64,000 nucleotides of DNA from an uncultured Gammaproteobacteria bacterium (lineage in GTDB: Bacteria; Patescibacteriota; Patescibacteriia; Magasanikbacterales; GWA2-37-8): positions 348,565 through 412,564 of the forward strand of contig CAZINT010000001.1 in the NCBI GenBank assembly GCA_964540825.1, given 5' to 3'. This document shows positions 63,930 to 64,000 of the stretch, piece by piece. The notes beneath the pieces were generated by a model. It was not told where the DNA came from, did not search any database, and saw nothing but the letters and a program-made list of their open reading frames with translations. How positions within the stretch are numbered: the first letter of the stretch is position 1; each line of letters begins with the position of its first letter. Made by a program: the position numbers and the translations under genes.

Positions 63930-64000
63930 AGACTCCTCCTTAAAATTTAAATGGATTAGTGGGATCAGGTATGTTTCTCTTATAAAGAGTTATGCCCTTA

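Larger units (their letters stand above)
29405..64000 (+). mobile_element. prophage / phage-like element (replication, auxiliary, packaging, head, tail-fibre and lysis-like modules); left boundary approximate, continues beyond window end
   Basis: Co-oriented dense phage-type genes (RecT, DnaB, ParB, HNH, TerS, TerL, portal, capsid, fibres) starting just after tRNA-Gln and its degenerate copy. Confidence 0.6.

Noticed and set aside
1-64000. CRISPR arrays, rRNA genes, IS elements/transposases, integrase
   Set aside because: No regularly spaced direct repeats, no rRNA-like conserved stretches, and no DDE or tyrosine/serine recombinase-like ORFs were recognised by eye. A real homology search could still change this.

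Overview
The window holds about 29 kb of a small-genome, moderately AT-rich bacterial chromosome followed by at least 34 kb of a prophage or phage-like element that runs off the 3' end. The chromosome's gene content, short ProRS, T4SS-like ATPase and canonical TTGACA-17-TATACT promoters with very short leaders suggest a Patescibacteria/CPR-like lineage; this is inference, not proven. The chromosomal part carries housekeeping genes (proS, cysteine desulfurase, dnaG-rpoD, murG, msrA, gpmA, a Mur ligase, ftsB-like, a parvulin PPIase, ftsEX). It also carries a TraG/VirD4-like ATPase with a long disordered tail and an extracytosolic flavinylation module (FMN-binding lipoprotein, ApbE, membrane-anchored FNR-like reductase). 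There are four good tRNAs (Lys, Gly, Thr, Gln), a degenerate tRNA-Gln copy, and a Cas4-like Fe-S nuclease plus a Pif1/RecD-like helicase (a possible split Dna2/Nhi-like pair). Three visibly GC-rich single-gene islets (about 15.4-16.8 kb, 22.5-23.4 kb, 26.5-27.3 kb) stand out. Each has its own promoter or SD and terminator hairpins, and they lie beside or near tRNA genes. From about 29.4 kb onward, immediately downstream of tRNA-Gln, the region is phage-like. It encodes a DUF3846 protein, RecT plus a PD-(D/E)XK nuclease, a DUF4373 replication initiator, DnaB, ParB, many small Zn-ribbon proteins and an HNH endonuclease. It also encodes GroES-like and peptide-deformylase auxiliary genes, TerS/TerL, a putative portal, a putative scaffold, a putative capsid, two paralogous tail-fibre genes plus a truncated fragment, and a candidate lysis cassette. 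A tRNA-like element with a UCA anticodon sits just upstream of the HNH/terminase genes. No integrase or repressor, and no CRISPR array, was seen in the window. All calls come from reading the ORF translations and the sequence by eye; no searches were run.
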